64,000 nucleotides of DNA from Squalus acanthias (Eukaryota): contig JASTWF010000048.1 in the NCBI GenBank assembly GCA_030390025.1, positions 1,550,001-1,614,000 of the forward strand, given 5' to 3'. Below the pieces are notes generated by a model. The model searched no databases and had not been told where the DNA came from. It saw only the letters and a list, made by a program, of their open reading frames with translations. Shown piece by piece: positions 1-12,395 of this stretch (position 1 is the stretch's first letter; every line of letters begins with the position of its first letter). Position numbers and translations under genes: made by a program.

Positions 1-495
1 CTGAGAGATAGAGAGGACAGAGGGAAAGACGGAGGGAGAGCTTCCNNNNNNNNNNNNNNNNNNNNNNNNNNNNNNNNNNNNNNNNNNNNNNNNNNNNNNN
101 NNNNNNNNNNNNNNNNNNNNNNNNNNNNNNNNNNNNNNNNNNNNNNNNNNNNNNNNNNNNNNNNNNNNNNNNNNNNNNNNNNNNNNNNNNNNNNNAAAAT
201 CACTCACTGGTTTAAACAATACAGGAATAACCCTGTTCTCTATATGTCCATCCCGACTGTATTTAACACAATTTGTCTTCTTTATTTGTCACTGATCAGA
301 TACAGTCTATTTATTCCCACAACGCTGTTCTCTCATTAACTTTCTTTTTTTCTCTCTTTTCTTCATTTTTTTTTCTTTCCTTCTTTCTTTCACCTTTTCC
401 TTCTTTCTTTCTTTCTGTAATTATTGAACAATTGTTTTGTAGGATTTTAATACATGCCTGCGCCAGACCTGAGGCCTCTATGGGAAACCGGCCTC

Positions 496-1810
496 AGAAA
501 GAGATATTCAAGGCAAAAGTGGATGGTAATGGGACAGGTTAAGAAACAAAGGATGGCTCTAGATGACGTGTAAATGGCACTGGCAGAAAGAAAAACAGCT
601 GCCATGTGGGAGAGAAGAACAGAACAAAAGTGTGGATAAAAAATATATATATGTGTTGGGGCTGGGGTTATGATCTGAAATTGTTGAACTCTATGTTGAG
701 TTCAGAAGGCTAAAAAGTGCCTTATCGAAAGATGAGGTGCTGTTCCTCGAGCTTACTCTGAGCTTCCGTGGAACAATGCAAGAGGACAAGGACGGTGAGG
801 TCTGAGTGGGAGTGGAGCGGTGAATTAAAGTGACAGCGACTAGAAGCTCGGGGTCTCCCTTACGTACAGAACGGAGGTGTTCCCCAAAGCCGTCACCCAA
901 TCTGCGTTAGGTCTCCCCAGTGTAGAGGAGATCACATCGTAAGCAATGAATACAGTATACTAAATTGCAAGAAGTACAAGTAAATCGCTGTTTCACCTGG
1001 AAGGTGTGTTTGGGGCCCTGGACAGTGGGAAGTGGGGAAGTATAAGTGCATGTTTTGCATCTCCTGCGCTTGCAAGGGAAGGTGCGGGACGAAGGGGAAC
1101 GGGTGTTTGGGGCGAAAGAGGAGTGGGCTAGGGTGTCGCGGAGGGAGCAGTCCCTATGGAATGCTGAAAGGGGAGGTGAAGGGAAGATGCGTTTGGTGGT
1201 GGGATCACGCTGGAGGTGACGGAAATGGCGGAGGATGATCCATTGAAACTGTAGGCTGGTGGTGTGAAAGGTGAGGACAAAGGGAACTCTATCATGGTTC
1301 CGGGAGGATGGGGCAGTGGTGAGGGCAGAAGTGCGGGAGATAGAAGGTACACGGTTAAGGGCCGTGTCAAACAGTGTAGAGGGGAATCCACGGTTGAGGA
1401 AAAAGGAAGACATGTCGGAAGCACTTATATGGAAGGTGGCATCGTCAGTGCAGATGCGGTGGAGACGAAGAAACTGGGAGAATGGAATAGAGTCCTGACA
1501 GGAGTCGGGGTGGGAGTGATTATAGTCCAGGTAGCTGTGGGAGTCAGTGGGCTTGTAGTAAATGTTTGTCAATAACCTATCCCCAGAGATGGAGATGGAG
1601 AGGTCGAGGAAGGGAAGGGAAGAGTCGGAGATGGACCATGTGAAGGTGAGGGAAGTGTGGAAATTGGAAGCTAAGTGAATGAAATTATCTAGTTCAGGGC
1701 GAGAGCAGGAAATTACACCGATACAGTCATCAATGTACTGGATAAAGAGGTGAGGGAGGGGACCTGAGTAGGACTGGAAAAAATAGTGTTCCACATATCT
1801 CACAGAGATA
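496..1810 (-). mobile_element. Penelope-like retroelement fragment (RT + GIY-YIG endonuclease), 5'-truncated
   Basis: ORF 1857-907 has YIDD, LPFLDL and YYKPTDSHSYL RT motifs, followed by GIY-YIG-type NLVYCIxCxxCxxLYxGET and EHLRS. Contains stops. Confidence 0.88.
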
Positions 1811-3849
1811 CTGCGAGGACCAAGGAACAGACTTAAGATGACGTCATCTGTGGCCAAGCGGTTCCAAAGACCAAGGGCCGCGAGAAACTCGTTAAAACTA
1901 TCGCCTAATGTTCAGTATTCATGACGCTGTAAGCTTAATAAATCTTGATCTATCGCTCAAACGTACTGGCTGCTGCCTATTGGTGTCATGTCCAAGAACT
2001 CAGTGATCGTTTAAGATCTTACAAGGGAATTGGACATAAACTTGAAGAGGAAAAAAACGGGGCTGTGGGGAATGAGCAGGGGTGTGGGAATAATTGGATA
2101 GGAGAGGCCAAAACTAGGGACCATAAGTATAAGATCGATACTAATAAATCCAATAGGGATCTCAGGAGAAACCTCTTTACCCAGAGAGTGGTGAGAATGT
2201 GGAACTCGCTACCACAAGGCGTGGTTGAGGGAAGTAATATAGATGCGTTTAAGGGGAAGCGAGATAAACACATGAGGGAGAAAGGAATACAAGGATATGT
2301 TGACAGGGTGAGATGAAGGAGGTTGGGAGATGTCTCGTGGGGGACTAATTGGATCGCTCTTTCAAAAAGTCGGCACGGACTGGACTGACTGAGTAGCCTC
2401 CCTCTGTGCTGTACGATTCCATGATTCTGTAAAATCGGATCATTTTTGGGTCAAGGTTCAGCTTTCAGTTCCCATCTTCATAACGAGAATTAAAGGGTTA
2501 AGTTCTTCGCTGGGCTGAACTTCAAGTTTCTTTGAAAAAAACACTTCAAAAGGCGCCAAGATGCTGACAGAGAAGTGGGTAAACGGTTTTCAACAGATGT
2601 TGTACCCGCCGTCAGGGGGCAGGTGTCTCAGTGAAAAACATATCTGGGGAGGCATCTCGCCTTTGTACAGCATGAAACATTCGTGACACGTTTAAGGGTT
2701 CGAAGATGAATTACATCCTATGTGTATGGGGCTGTTCGCCTCAGTGAAGGCTGAGAGGAGATTTACCAGAATGGTACCAGGGATGAGGGACGTCAGTTAT
2801 GAGAGACTAGGGAAGCTGGGATTGTTCTCCTTAAAGCAGAGAAGGTGATTGGAGATAATATTGAGATTTGTTTTTAATTTATGGGATGTTGCCGTCGCCG
2901 GCAAGGTCGGTATTTATTGCTCATCCATAATTGACATTGAGAAGGTGGTGGCGAGAAGCATTCTTGAACCGCAAGAGGGCAGGTAAGTGAACCAGATGTT
3001 TTTTTTCGACAGTCCGGTAGTTTCATGGTCATTATCACTGACTCTAGCTTATTAATTCTAGATTTACTCAATTAACTGGAATTAACTTCCCCAGCTGCCG
3101 TGGTGGGATTTGAATTCATGCGTCTGCAACATTCTCTATCCCTCGCTCCCTCTCTCGATCCCTCTTCTTCTCTTTTCCTCGCTCCCAATCCCTCCCGCTA
3201 TTTATCCTTCACGCTCCCGCTATCTGGTAAGCAGATGTAAAATGACTAGTAATCTCTGACAACTCCTCAAACCCTCTGATTGCCAGCGCCACCCCTCACT
3301 CTCTGATTGCGAGCCCTTCCGCGCCGTCTCTGATTGACAGGTCCGCCCCGCCCTTCTCTGATTGACAGCTTCAGCCGACCTATCTGATTGAAAGCTCCAC
3401 CCTCGCTCTCTGATTGACAGCCCAGCAACGCGCTCTCTGATTCGCAGCCCTGACTCTCTCTCGCTGTTTGACAGTCCCACCCATCCCTCTCTGGTTGGCA
3501 GTGAGTAGCGCAGACGAGGACAGGAAGTTGCAAAGGGGACAGAGAGAGATTAATTGAGTGAGCAAAACAGTGACAGATGGATTCATAGTGGGAAAGAGTG
3601 TCGTCATCCACCTGGGACCGAATAAGGATAAATCAGATTATTTCTATACGGAGAGGAACTTGAAACGGAGGTATTTTAGCAATTTCATAGACTGATGAGG
3701 GACGTCAGTTATCAGAGATTAGGGAAGTTGGGATTGTTGCCCGTAAAGCAGAGAATGTTAATGGGACATTTTCTCATTTTACATCTGCTTACCAGATATC
3801 GGGAGCGTGAAGGATAAATAGCGGGAGGGATTGGGAGCGAGGAAAATAG

Positions 3850-4230
3850 AAGAAGAGGGATCGAGAGAGAGAGTGAGGGATAGAGAGAAGAAGAGGGATA
3901 GTGAGAGGGAGCTAGGGAGAGAGAGAAGAAGAGGGATAGAGAGGGAGCGAGGGAGAGAGAGAAGAAGAGGGATAGAGAGAGGGAGAGAGGGAGAAGAGGG
4001 ATAGAGAGGAAGTGAGGGAGAGAGAAGAAGAGGATAGAAAGAGGGAGCGACAGAGAGAGAAGGAGACGGAGTGACAGAGAGGAAAGGCGTTGAGGGTGAG
4101 AGACGGAAGAGAGGCAGAGAGATAGGGAGAGATGTGACGCGAAAGCGAGAGCAGGCAGGTTTAGAGAGTGACTGGGAAAGAGAGCGACTGAGAGATAGAA
4201 TTGACGAAGGGAGAGACGGAGTGAGAGATT
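3850..4230. repeat. AG-rich simple repeat (others at 11740-12060, 20250-20660, 56480-56860; (GATA)n at 9115-9260 and 23675-23735)
   Basis: Low-complexity purine tracts. Confidence 0.9.
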
Positions 4231-4364
4231 TACAACGATTTATGCATGTATCTATCTATCAAGCTATCTATCTCTCTTTCGATCTTTCAGTAGAACTAGT
4301 TGGGGTTTGGTGTCTGAGACGGGTTGGTTTTTGTCGCACGGTTCAGTCTGAGTGTGTCTCTGTG

Positions 4365-5687
4365 CATCACTGCAGGCGCAGAAATACCTCGCCGTGTCGT
4401 TCGGCCGCACCATCGATATCTTCAGATCGAAGGAGTTATCTGCAGTTTTCTTGGCCCAAAATCGATCCGGGATCCCGTCGGACCTGCTCGGGTCACTTCT
4501 CTCCAACGCCTGCAGGATGTGCTGGAGTCCCAGGCCCGGGAGCTGACGGTACCAATACATGTAAGAATCAGTGCCGCGTTGGGTACACGGGATAGTCACA
4601 GAGTCGCCCTCTCTCACCGTCAGAAACTCCCGGGACTGCAATATCTTCTGAGACTCGCCAACACCTCGAAGCAAAACAGGAATGAACAGCAAAGAGAGAC
4701 AGTTATTTCCCCAGAAATAAGACACATTAACCTGGTTATTTATTTACTGTCCCGTGACTGCTATTCCTCTGTCTCTCACTCGCTTACTTTTGATTTAAAT
4801 CGATTTATTTTCTGTATTTTTCACCTATATCTAATTGAACTGATTAAAGGAGTGGACAGGGCAGATAGAGAGAACTAATTTCCTCTGGTGGGGGGAGAAC
4901 GGAACAAGGGGAGAATAACATTACAGATAGAGATAGGCCGGTTAGGGGTGATGCGATGCAGCACTTCTTCACACAAAGGGTAGTGGAAATCAGCAACTCT
5001 CTCCCCAAAGAGCTGTTGAGGCTGGGGGTCAACTGAAAATTTCAAAACAGAGCTTGAAAGATTTTTGTTCGGTAAGGTTATTAAAGGTTACGGAACCAAG
5101 GCGGGTAACTTGAATTAAGAAACAGATCAGCCGTGATCCAATTGAATGGCTCGAGGGCCTGAATGGCCTCCTCCTGTCCCTATGTTCCTTAACATACACT
5201 TTTATCTATTCGACCGCGCGCCATTCTGCTTTTAGTCGATTTGTCAAAACCAGATTATTATTCTAAACCTGCAGGCGCTTGTAGTTATTTGGGAGCCCGT
5301 TGTTTTAGCGGAGCTCTCTTTTTAAAAGGGGCAATTGTCAGGGATTGACGTGGAAAAATCACTCACTGGTTTAAACAATACAGGAATAACCCTGTTCTCT
5401 ATATGTCCATCCCGACTGTATTTAACACAATTTGACTTCATTATTTGTCACTGATCAGATACAGTCTATTTATTGCCACAACGCAGTTCTCTCATTAACT
5501 TTCTGTCTTTCTAGCATTCTTTCTTGCATTCCTTCTTTCTTTCCCTAATTATTGAACTCTTGATTGCTAGGATTTTAAAACATTCCTGCACCAGACCCAA
5601 AGGCCTCCTATGGGACACCGGCCTCTCGCTTTACTTACCCGCCAATAGGAATAGCGGCAAAGTGCAGGACAGGAGGCAAGTCCGCAT
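4365..5687 (-). CDS. TRBV: TCR beta-type V segment V1 (leader 5687-5639, V exon 4664-4365), apparently intact
   Basis: Leader MRTCLLSCTLPLFLLAG|GTAAGT. V exon has C23, WYRQ and DTARYFCACSD. 23-RSS CACAGAG-23-ACAAAAACC at 4364-4326. Acceptor is an atypical GAG. Confidence 0.9.
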
Positions 5688-5849
5688 GGTCCGTGACAGA
5701 GGGTCTGAGAGCGGGACTCTCACGGCCAATAAGCAGCCCAGAAACCAGAGCTATGAGACTGTTGTTTGCAAGCCGTGACTGCCCCGTGAAAGTGCCTCAA
5801 TCTCTATCATTCATAAGAAAAAACTGAATATACACTACCCCGCCCATCA

Positions 5850-6600
5850 CTGTCTGATTGACAGCCCTGTCCCGCCCTCTCTGATTGACAGCCCTGCCCC
5901 GCCCTCTCTGATTGACAGCCCTGCCCCCGCCCTCTCCTACTGACAGCACCGCCCCTGCCCTCTCTGATTCCACAGGGAATGGTTTAAGCGAATAGCATGG
6001 ATACATTTAAGGGGAGGCAAGGCAAGCATATGAGGGAAAAGGAAATAGAGGGTTATGATGATAGATTTAGATGAGGAAAGACGGGAGGAGGCTCGTGTGG
6101 ATTAAAAACGCCAGCATGGACTGGTTGGACCGAATGGCCTGTTTCTGTGCCGTATATCCTATGTAATCCTATGTAATGATTCAGAGCTTTTCCACTCCCC
6201 TCTCTGATTTACAGCAGTGCCCGACACCACTCTGATTGACAGCTCAGCGCCTCCCCTCCCTGAGTGACATCACCACCCCTCCCTTCTCTGAAAACTCGTC
6301 ACCGACTCTGATTGATAGCGCCACGCCTCAATCTCTGATAGCGAATCCTGCCTCGCCCTCTCTGATTGACTGTTCCGCCCTGCCATTCTCTGAATGACAG
6401 CTCCGCCCCTCCACTCTCTGATTGACAACTCCGCCCCTCCCCTCTCTGATTGTCAGCTTCGCCGCGCCCTCTCTGCTTGAAAGCTCCGCCCCTCCCATCT
6501 CTGAATGACAGCTCTGCAACGCGCTCTCTGATTCGCAGCCCTGACTCTCTCTCCCTTATTGACAGACCCACCCATCTCTCTCTGATTGGCAGTGAGCAGA
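5850..6600. repeat. TGATTGACAG/GC-box minisatellite (~26-28-bp units), split by a CR1 fragment; related arrays at 3270-3500 and 38480-39860
   Basis: Repeated CTCTGATTGACAGCCCCGCCC-like units. Confidence 0.85.
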
Positions 6601-9257
6601 TCAGACTTAGGTAGTTGAGGCCAAGTGATTAAATATATTCACGAATGAGTTAGAAATATTTTTTAAAGCTAAAGGGATCAAGGGATATGGGGAGAATGCA
6701 GGGACAGGGTACTGAGTGTGGATGACCAGCCATGATCTCATCGAATGGCAGAGCAGGCTCGAGGAGCCGAATGGCCTACTCCTGCTCCTATCTTCTATGT
6801 TTCTATGTTTCCTCCCTGTTTGACAGTCCGACCCATCTCTCTGATTCGCAGTCCTGACTCTCTCTCCCTGGTTCACAGTCCCACCCATCTCTCTCTGATT
6901 GGCAGTGAGCAGTGCAGACTGGGACAGTCTGCTTCAAAGGGGACAGAGAGACATTAAGTGAGTGAGCAAAACAGTGACAGTGGGATTCATTGTGTGCAAG
7001 TGTGACGTCATCCACTTGGAATCGAAGAAGGATATATCATAGTATTTCTATCTGGTGAGAAGTAGTTTAGCAATTTCATAAAATTATACATCACAGACGA
7101 TATGGGGAGAGTTAATAGAGTTGTTAAAATTTCAGAGCGGTTGTGATAGAATAGACAAGGAGTAATTGATTCCTCTGCCAGCAGGGCCGGTGACCAAAAG
7201 GCACAGAATTAAAATAATTGGCAAACTATCCAACAGGTAGATGAGGAGACAGTTTTTCAAGCAGCAAGATTTTATGATCGGGAATGCAGTTCCTGAAATT
7301 GTGCTGGAGACAGATTCATTGGTAAATTTCACAAGGGAATTGGACATAAACTAGAAGAGGATAAAAACAGGGCTGTGGGGAATGAACAGGTCGGTGGGAA
7401 TAATTGGATAGGAGAGTCCAAAACTAGTGGCCATAAGTATAAGATAGACACTTAGAAGTCCAATAGCGAATTCAGGAGAAACCACTTTACCCAGAGAGTG
7501 GTGAGAATATGGAACTCGCTACCACAAGGCGTGGTTTAGGGAAATAACATAGATGCATTTAAGGGGAAGCGAGATAAATACACGAGGGAGAAAGGAACAG
7601 AAGGATATGTTGACAGGGTGAGATTAAGGTTGGTGGGAGGAGACCCGTGTGGGACTATTTGGATCGCTCTTTCAAAGAGCTGGCACGGACTGGACTGACC
7701 GAGTGGCCTCCTTCTGTGCTTTAGGATTCTATGATTCTGTAAAACACGGATCATTGTTGGGTCAAAGTTCACTCTTGTTTCAGGCAGTGCAGCTTTCAGT
7801 TCCAATGTGCTCAACGAGAATTAAAGGGTTAAATTCTTTGCTGGGCTGAACTTCTAGTTTCTTTGAAAAAACACATCAAAAGGCTCCTAGATAGAAGAGG
7901 ATAAACGGTTTTCAACGGATTTTGTACCCGCCGTCAAGAGGCAGATGTCTCAGTGAAAAGCATGTCTGGGGAGGCATCTCGCTTTTGCACAGTGTGAAAC
8001 ATTCGAGACATATTTAAGGGTTCTAAGATGAATTATCTCCTCTGTGTATGGGGTTGTTCGGCTTCGTGATGATTTACCAGAATGGTACCAGGGACGTCAG
8101 TTCTGAGAGACAAGAGAAGCTGGTATTGCTCTCCTTAAAGCAGAGATTATTAATGGGAGATGTAACAGAGATTTTTTTGTTATTCATGGGATGTGGGCGT
8201 CGCTGGCAAGGCCGGCATTTATTACTCATCCCGAATTGCACTTGAGAATGGTGTTTGTGAGATGCATTCTTGAACCGCAAGTGGCAAGTTAATTGAACCA
8301 GATGGGTTTCATTATTGCCAATACTAGCTTTTTAATTCCAGATGCATTTAAATTTACTGAATTTAAATTCTCCAACTGCCGTGGTGAGATTTGAACTCAT
8401 GTCTACACATTATTCGTCCAGAACTATTGGATTATGAACTCAGTAACATCACCACTATGCTTCCGTAGCCTTTATTCAAGATAGTAAAGGGTTTTGTTCA
8501 GGTAAACAAGGAGAAATTGCTCCACTCGCAGGAGAGTCTATATCCAGAGTACACAGATATAAGAAGTTGGTACAAGAGCCAGTGCCGACATGCGGCGATT
8601 TATTTTACAAAACGGTTTGTTATGATCTCAAATGCTCATCCTGAAAGGGTGGTGGAAGCATACTCAATAGTAACTTTCGAAAGGGAAATGGATAAATATT
8701 TCATGTGGGACAATTTGCCAGTCTGTAGGGGATAGGGCAGGGGAATGGACCTAATTTGACAGCTTTTCACAGAGCCGGCACAGGCGCGATGGGTCGAATG
8801 GACTCCTTCTGTGAAGTATCATTCCATGATGCTGTGATAAGGAGCGCGTCTCCCGTCGCTATTGCAATAGGGGAAATAACAGGAATAATTCACTGACATA
8901 TGGAAAGCTACGTGTATATACTGCACATACTCCACCATCCAATCTTTCACCACTGACGATAACCGATTTACGGTACCACATAATCTGCTGTTTGAATGCA
9001 GATAATTTGTTAAAAAAGGGAATTGGAAACACCGATATAGCATTTCATAATTAATTAATAATAATTTGTAATTAGCCAAAGATAAACAGGTAAAAAGATG
9101 AGCAGATAGAAAGACTGACAGACAGACTGATAGACAGAGAGATCGTCAGATAGACAGAGAGATAGCCAGATAGATTAACAGTTAGATAGATAGGTAGATA
9201 GATAGATGGATAGATAGATAGATAGACAGATAGACAGATAGATAAATAGACAGATAG

Positions 9258-10135
9258 ACTGTATCTAATCAGTGAGTGAGGGTCTTTGCTGTGTATCTAA
9301 TCAGTGTGTGAGGGTCTTTACTCTGTATCTAATCAGTGAGTGAGGGTCTTTACTGTGTATCTAATCAGTGTGTGAGGGTCTTTACTCTGTGTCTAATCAG
9401 TGAGTGAGGGTCTTTACTCTGTATCTAATCAGTCAGTGAGGGTCTTTACTGTGTATCTAATCAGTGTGTGAGGGTCTTTACGCCGTATCTAATCAGTGAG
9501 TGAGGGTCTTTACTCTGTATCTAATCAGTGTGTGAGGGTCTTTACTCTGTATCTAATCAGTGAGTGAGGGTCTTTACTCCGTATCTAATCAGTGAGTGAG
9601 GGTCTTTACTCTGTATCTAATCAGAGTGAGTGTCTTTACTCTGTATCTAATCAGTCAGTGAGGGTCTTTACGCTGTATCTAATCAGTGAGTGAGCGTCGT
9701 TACTCTGTATCTAATCAGTGTGTGAGGGTCTTTACTCTGTATCTAATTAGTCAGTGAGGGTCTTTACTCTGTATCTAATCAGTGAGTGAGGATCTTTACT
9801 CCGTATCTAATCAGTGAGTGAGGGTCTATACTCTGTATCTAATCAGTGTGTGAGGGTCTTTACTCTGTATCTAATCAGTGAGTGAGGGTCTTTACTCCGT
9901 ATCTAATCAGTGAGTGAGGGTCTTTACTCTGTATCTAATCAGAGTGAGTGTCTTTACTCTGTATCTAATCAGTCAGTGAGGGTCTTTACTGTGTATCTAA
10001 TCAGTGAGTGAGGATCTTTACTCCGTATCTAATCAGTGAGTGAGGGTCTTTACTCTGTATCTAATCAGTGTGTGAGGGTCTTTACTCTGTATCTAATCAG
10101 TGAGTGAGGGTCTTTACCCTGTATCTAATCATTGA
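9258..10135. repeat. 32-bp minisatellite, ~27 units
   Basis: Unit AGTGAGTGAGGGTCTTTACTCTGTATCTAATC, no unique spacers. Confidence 0.95.
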
Positions 10136-10344
10136 GGGAGGATCTTCATTATGTATCACAACAGTGTATGATGGGCTTTACACTGTATCTAACCTATGCT
10201 GCCGCAACTCAACTACCCACCCCACCTCTCCACCCCTCGGGCTGAACACCGCACCCAGCAATGCAGCGACTGGTGCGGTCCTCAGGCTCGTTCTCTGCTG
10301 CACCGCGTTTTTGTTTCACCACCCCGCCTCCTTGTGTCACTGTG

Positions 10345-10772
10345 GAGTCGCCAGGCGCAGTGATACACCCCCGAGTGGTTCGCTCGCAGGCTGGCCGTTT
10401 GCAGGTGGAAGGTGGAGCCGTCGGGTCGAGAGGCGGTGAAGCCGTCCAGCTCTCCCGCCGTGTCGATGCGCACGGTATTTCGAGAGTTGAAGAGTAACAA
10501 CAGCTCTCCGTCTGGGAGCTGGCGGTACCAGGAAAACACTGTACCGACGGAGCCCTCTGCATAACAGCGGATCTGCAATGGGGATTGCAGGGATTTGGAG
10601 ATTACAGGCGGAATTTGCTGAACATTACCGCTAGCTACACCTGCGAATAGGAGAAAAATTGGATTAAACTATAGGAGGCGCTCACATTCGGAACCCGACT
10701 GAGCATTGGCATTGCAGAGGCTGAATTACTGTGCAGCAGCAGCGCAGACACCAGACACCAGATTACATGCAT
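10345..10772 (-). CDS. TRBV: TCR beta-type V segment V2, TRBV30-like CAW family (leader 10772-10730, V exon 10640-10345)
   Basis: Leader MHVIWCLVSALLLH|GTAATT, 89-nt intron. Open V exon ...IRCYAEG...WYRQ...HSGVYHCAWRL. RSS CACAGTG-23-ACAAAAACG at 10344-10306. Confidence 0.85.
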
Positions 10773-12395
10773 TGTGCTTAATAGTTTGCACAAGAGAAAT
10801 GAGCTAGATTTTGTAACAAGAATCTGCTCTCCCGGCAGCTGCGTCGCAGTTTTTTCGAAATGCAGTTCTGTTTGATTGACAGCTGCAGCCCGCTCACTAC
10901 AAGCCCCTGCTCCTTGCAGTCTGATAGACAGCTGATGATCCCTCGACTCCACCCCGACCCTCCCGGTTTCTCTTCTCTAACGAGGTCGCTCAACCCTGGT
11001 AACATTCTGATAAATCTCCCCTTCGCCTCCTCTGCTCAACGGAGAACAATCCCAGCTTCTCTGCTCTCGCCGCACAACTGATATCCCTCGATCCTGGTAA
11101 CATTCCGGAACATCTCTTCGGAACCCTCTTTGAGGCCTTGACATCCTTTCTAAACTGTGTTTGGATACAACACTTCATCTGGGTTTGGGGGAAATTGTTT
11201 CTCAATGCTTAATCATTAAAACAAATCGAACGTTGTTGTCAGAACGTTGTTGCTGAATTAAATTCTTGCACAGCACCAGAAATAAAGCAGCAAGTTGGAT
11301 AATGTTGTAAAGCATTGTGGCGGTGTGATGCACTCCGGAAATCTGAATGATTATTTAAAAAACAATAAGGCTGATCGATCGTAACAGGACAATAGGGGGT
11401 GGCAGGCAGTATGAAAGGGACTGAGGCAGGAGCAGAAGAGAGAGAAAAGGAAAAAAAACAAATTACTTTCCACATGTTGCGGTGCTAACTTCTCGCTTAT
11501 ATTTACTCTACAGGTTAAGTCCAATTATACGTCGGGTTTATTGAACTGATAATATTATAATGGCGTCAAACTAATAAGGGAAAACGAGAAATACGTGCTA
11601 ACTGAGTCTGGATCTGAAATATCTTAGAAGGAAACTAATGAATGTAAGGTTCTAGAGACCGTAATATAACCGCTGCTACCGTGAGGTGATCGAGGTTCAG
11701 AACGAAAAGTGAAATGAGGCAGAGAAAGGGAGAGAATGTGAGAGAGTGGGTGATAGAGGCAGAGAGAGAGGCAGGGAGAGACAGACAGAGAGAGACAGAT
11801 AGACAGACACAGCGATAAACATAGATAGAAACACAGAGAGAGAATGAGAGAGAGAGACGAGACACACAGAAGTGGACGTAGAAAAAATGAGAGCGACAGA
11901 AAGACAATGAGTGAGTGGGAGAGACAGACTGAGCATGACAGCTAGAGAGACAAAATAGAGAGAAAGAGAGAAATACAGACAGAGGTAAGGCAGAGATAAA
12001 GAGAGAGAGAGCGAGAGAGAGATGGTTAGAGAGAGAAACAAAGGCAAGAGAGAGAGAGAGAAAGCAATTTTAAAAACAAAATGAAAGCTAACTATTTTTA
12101 AAATATCGATCAATTCTCGGCTACAATGGAAATATTGGAAGTTAGAGCAGAAGCGTTTTCTCCACCTAACAACATCGAGATTCTCACAATGTTTACGTGA
12201 AGTTAGCATCTAGTGGATCAAATGGGAAACATCCCGTTCTGCGCGGTATGAATGAGCGGTCGGGAGGAAATTTCCGGGTGTTCGCGGGTGTCGCAGGGCC
12301 ACAGCGACACCATCTGGCTGTTGAAACCATAGCATGCCGTTGGTTCTGGTTCAGGGAGTTTTTGTCACAGAGAGGCGGTGTTTTCACTCGCCGTG

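Noticed and set aside
2605-2625. Plus-strand CTCF-like CCGTCAGGGGGCAG
   Set aside because: It is a moderate match that is degraded in the paralogous copies (7.9, 18.3, 23.0 and 62.3 kb). Left uncalled.
4665-4725. Intronless leader for V1 (ORF starting MSYFWG...)
   Set aside because: The start is GTG within the polypyrimidine tract, and a proper leader exon exists at 5687-5639.
9258-10135. 32-, 33- and 51-bp arrays as CRISPR
   Set aside because: They are head-to-tail repeats with no unique spacers, no cas genes, and a eukaryotic context.
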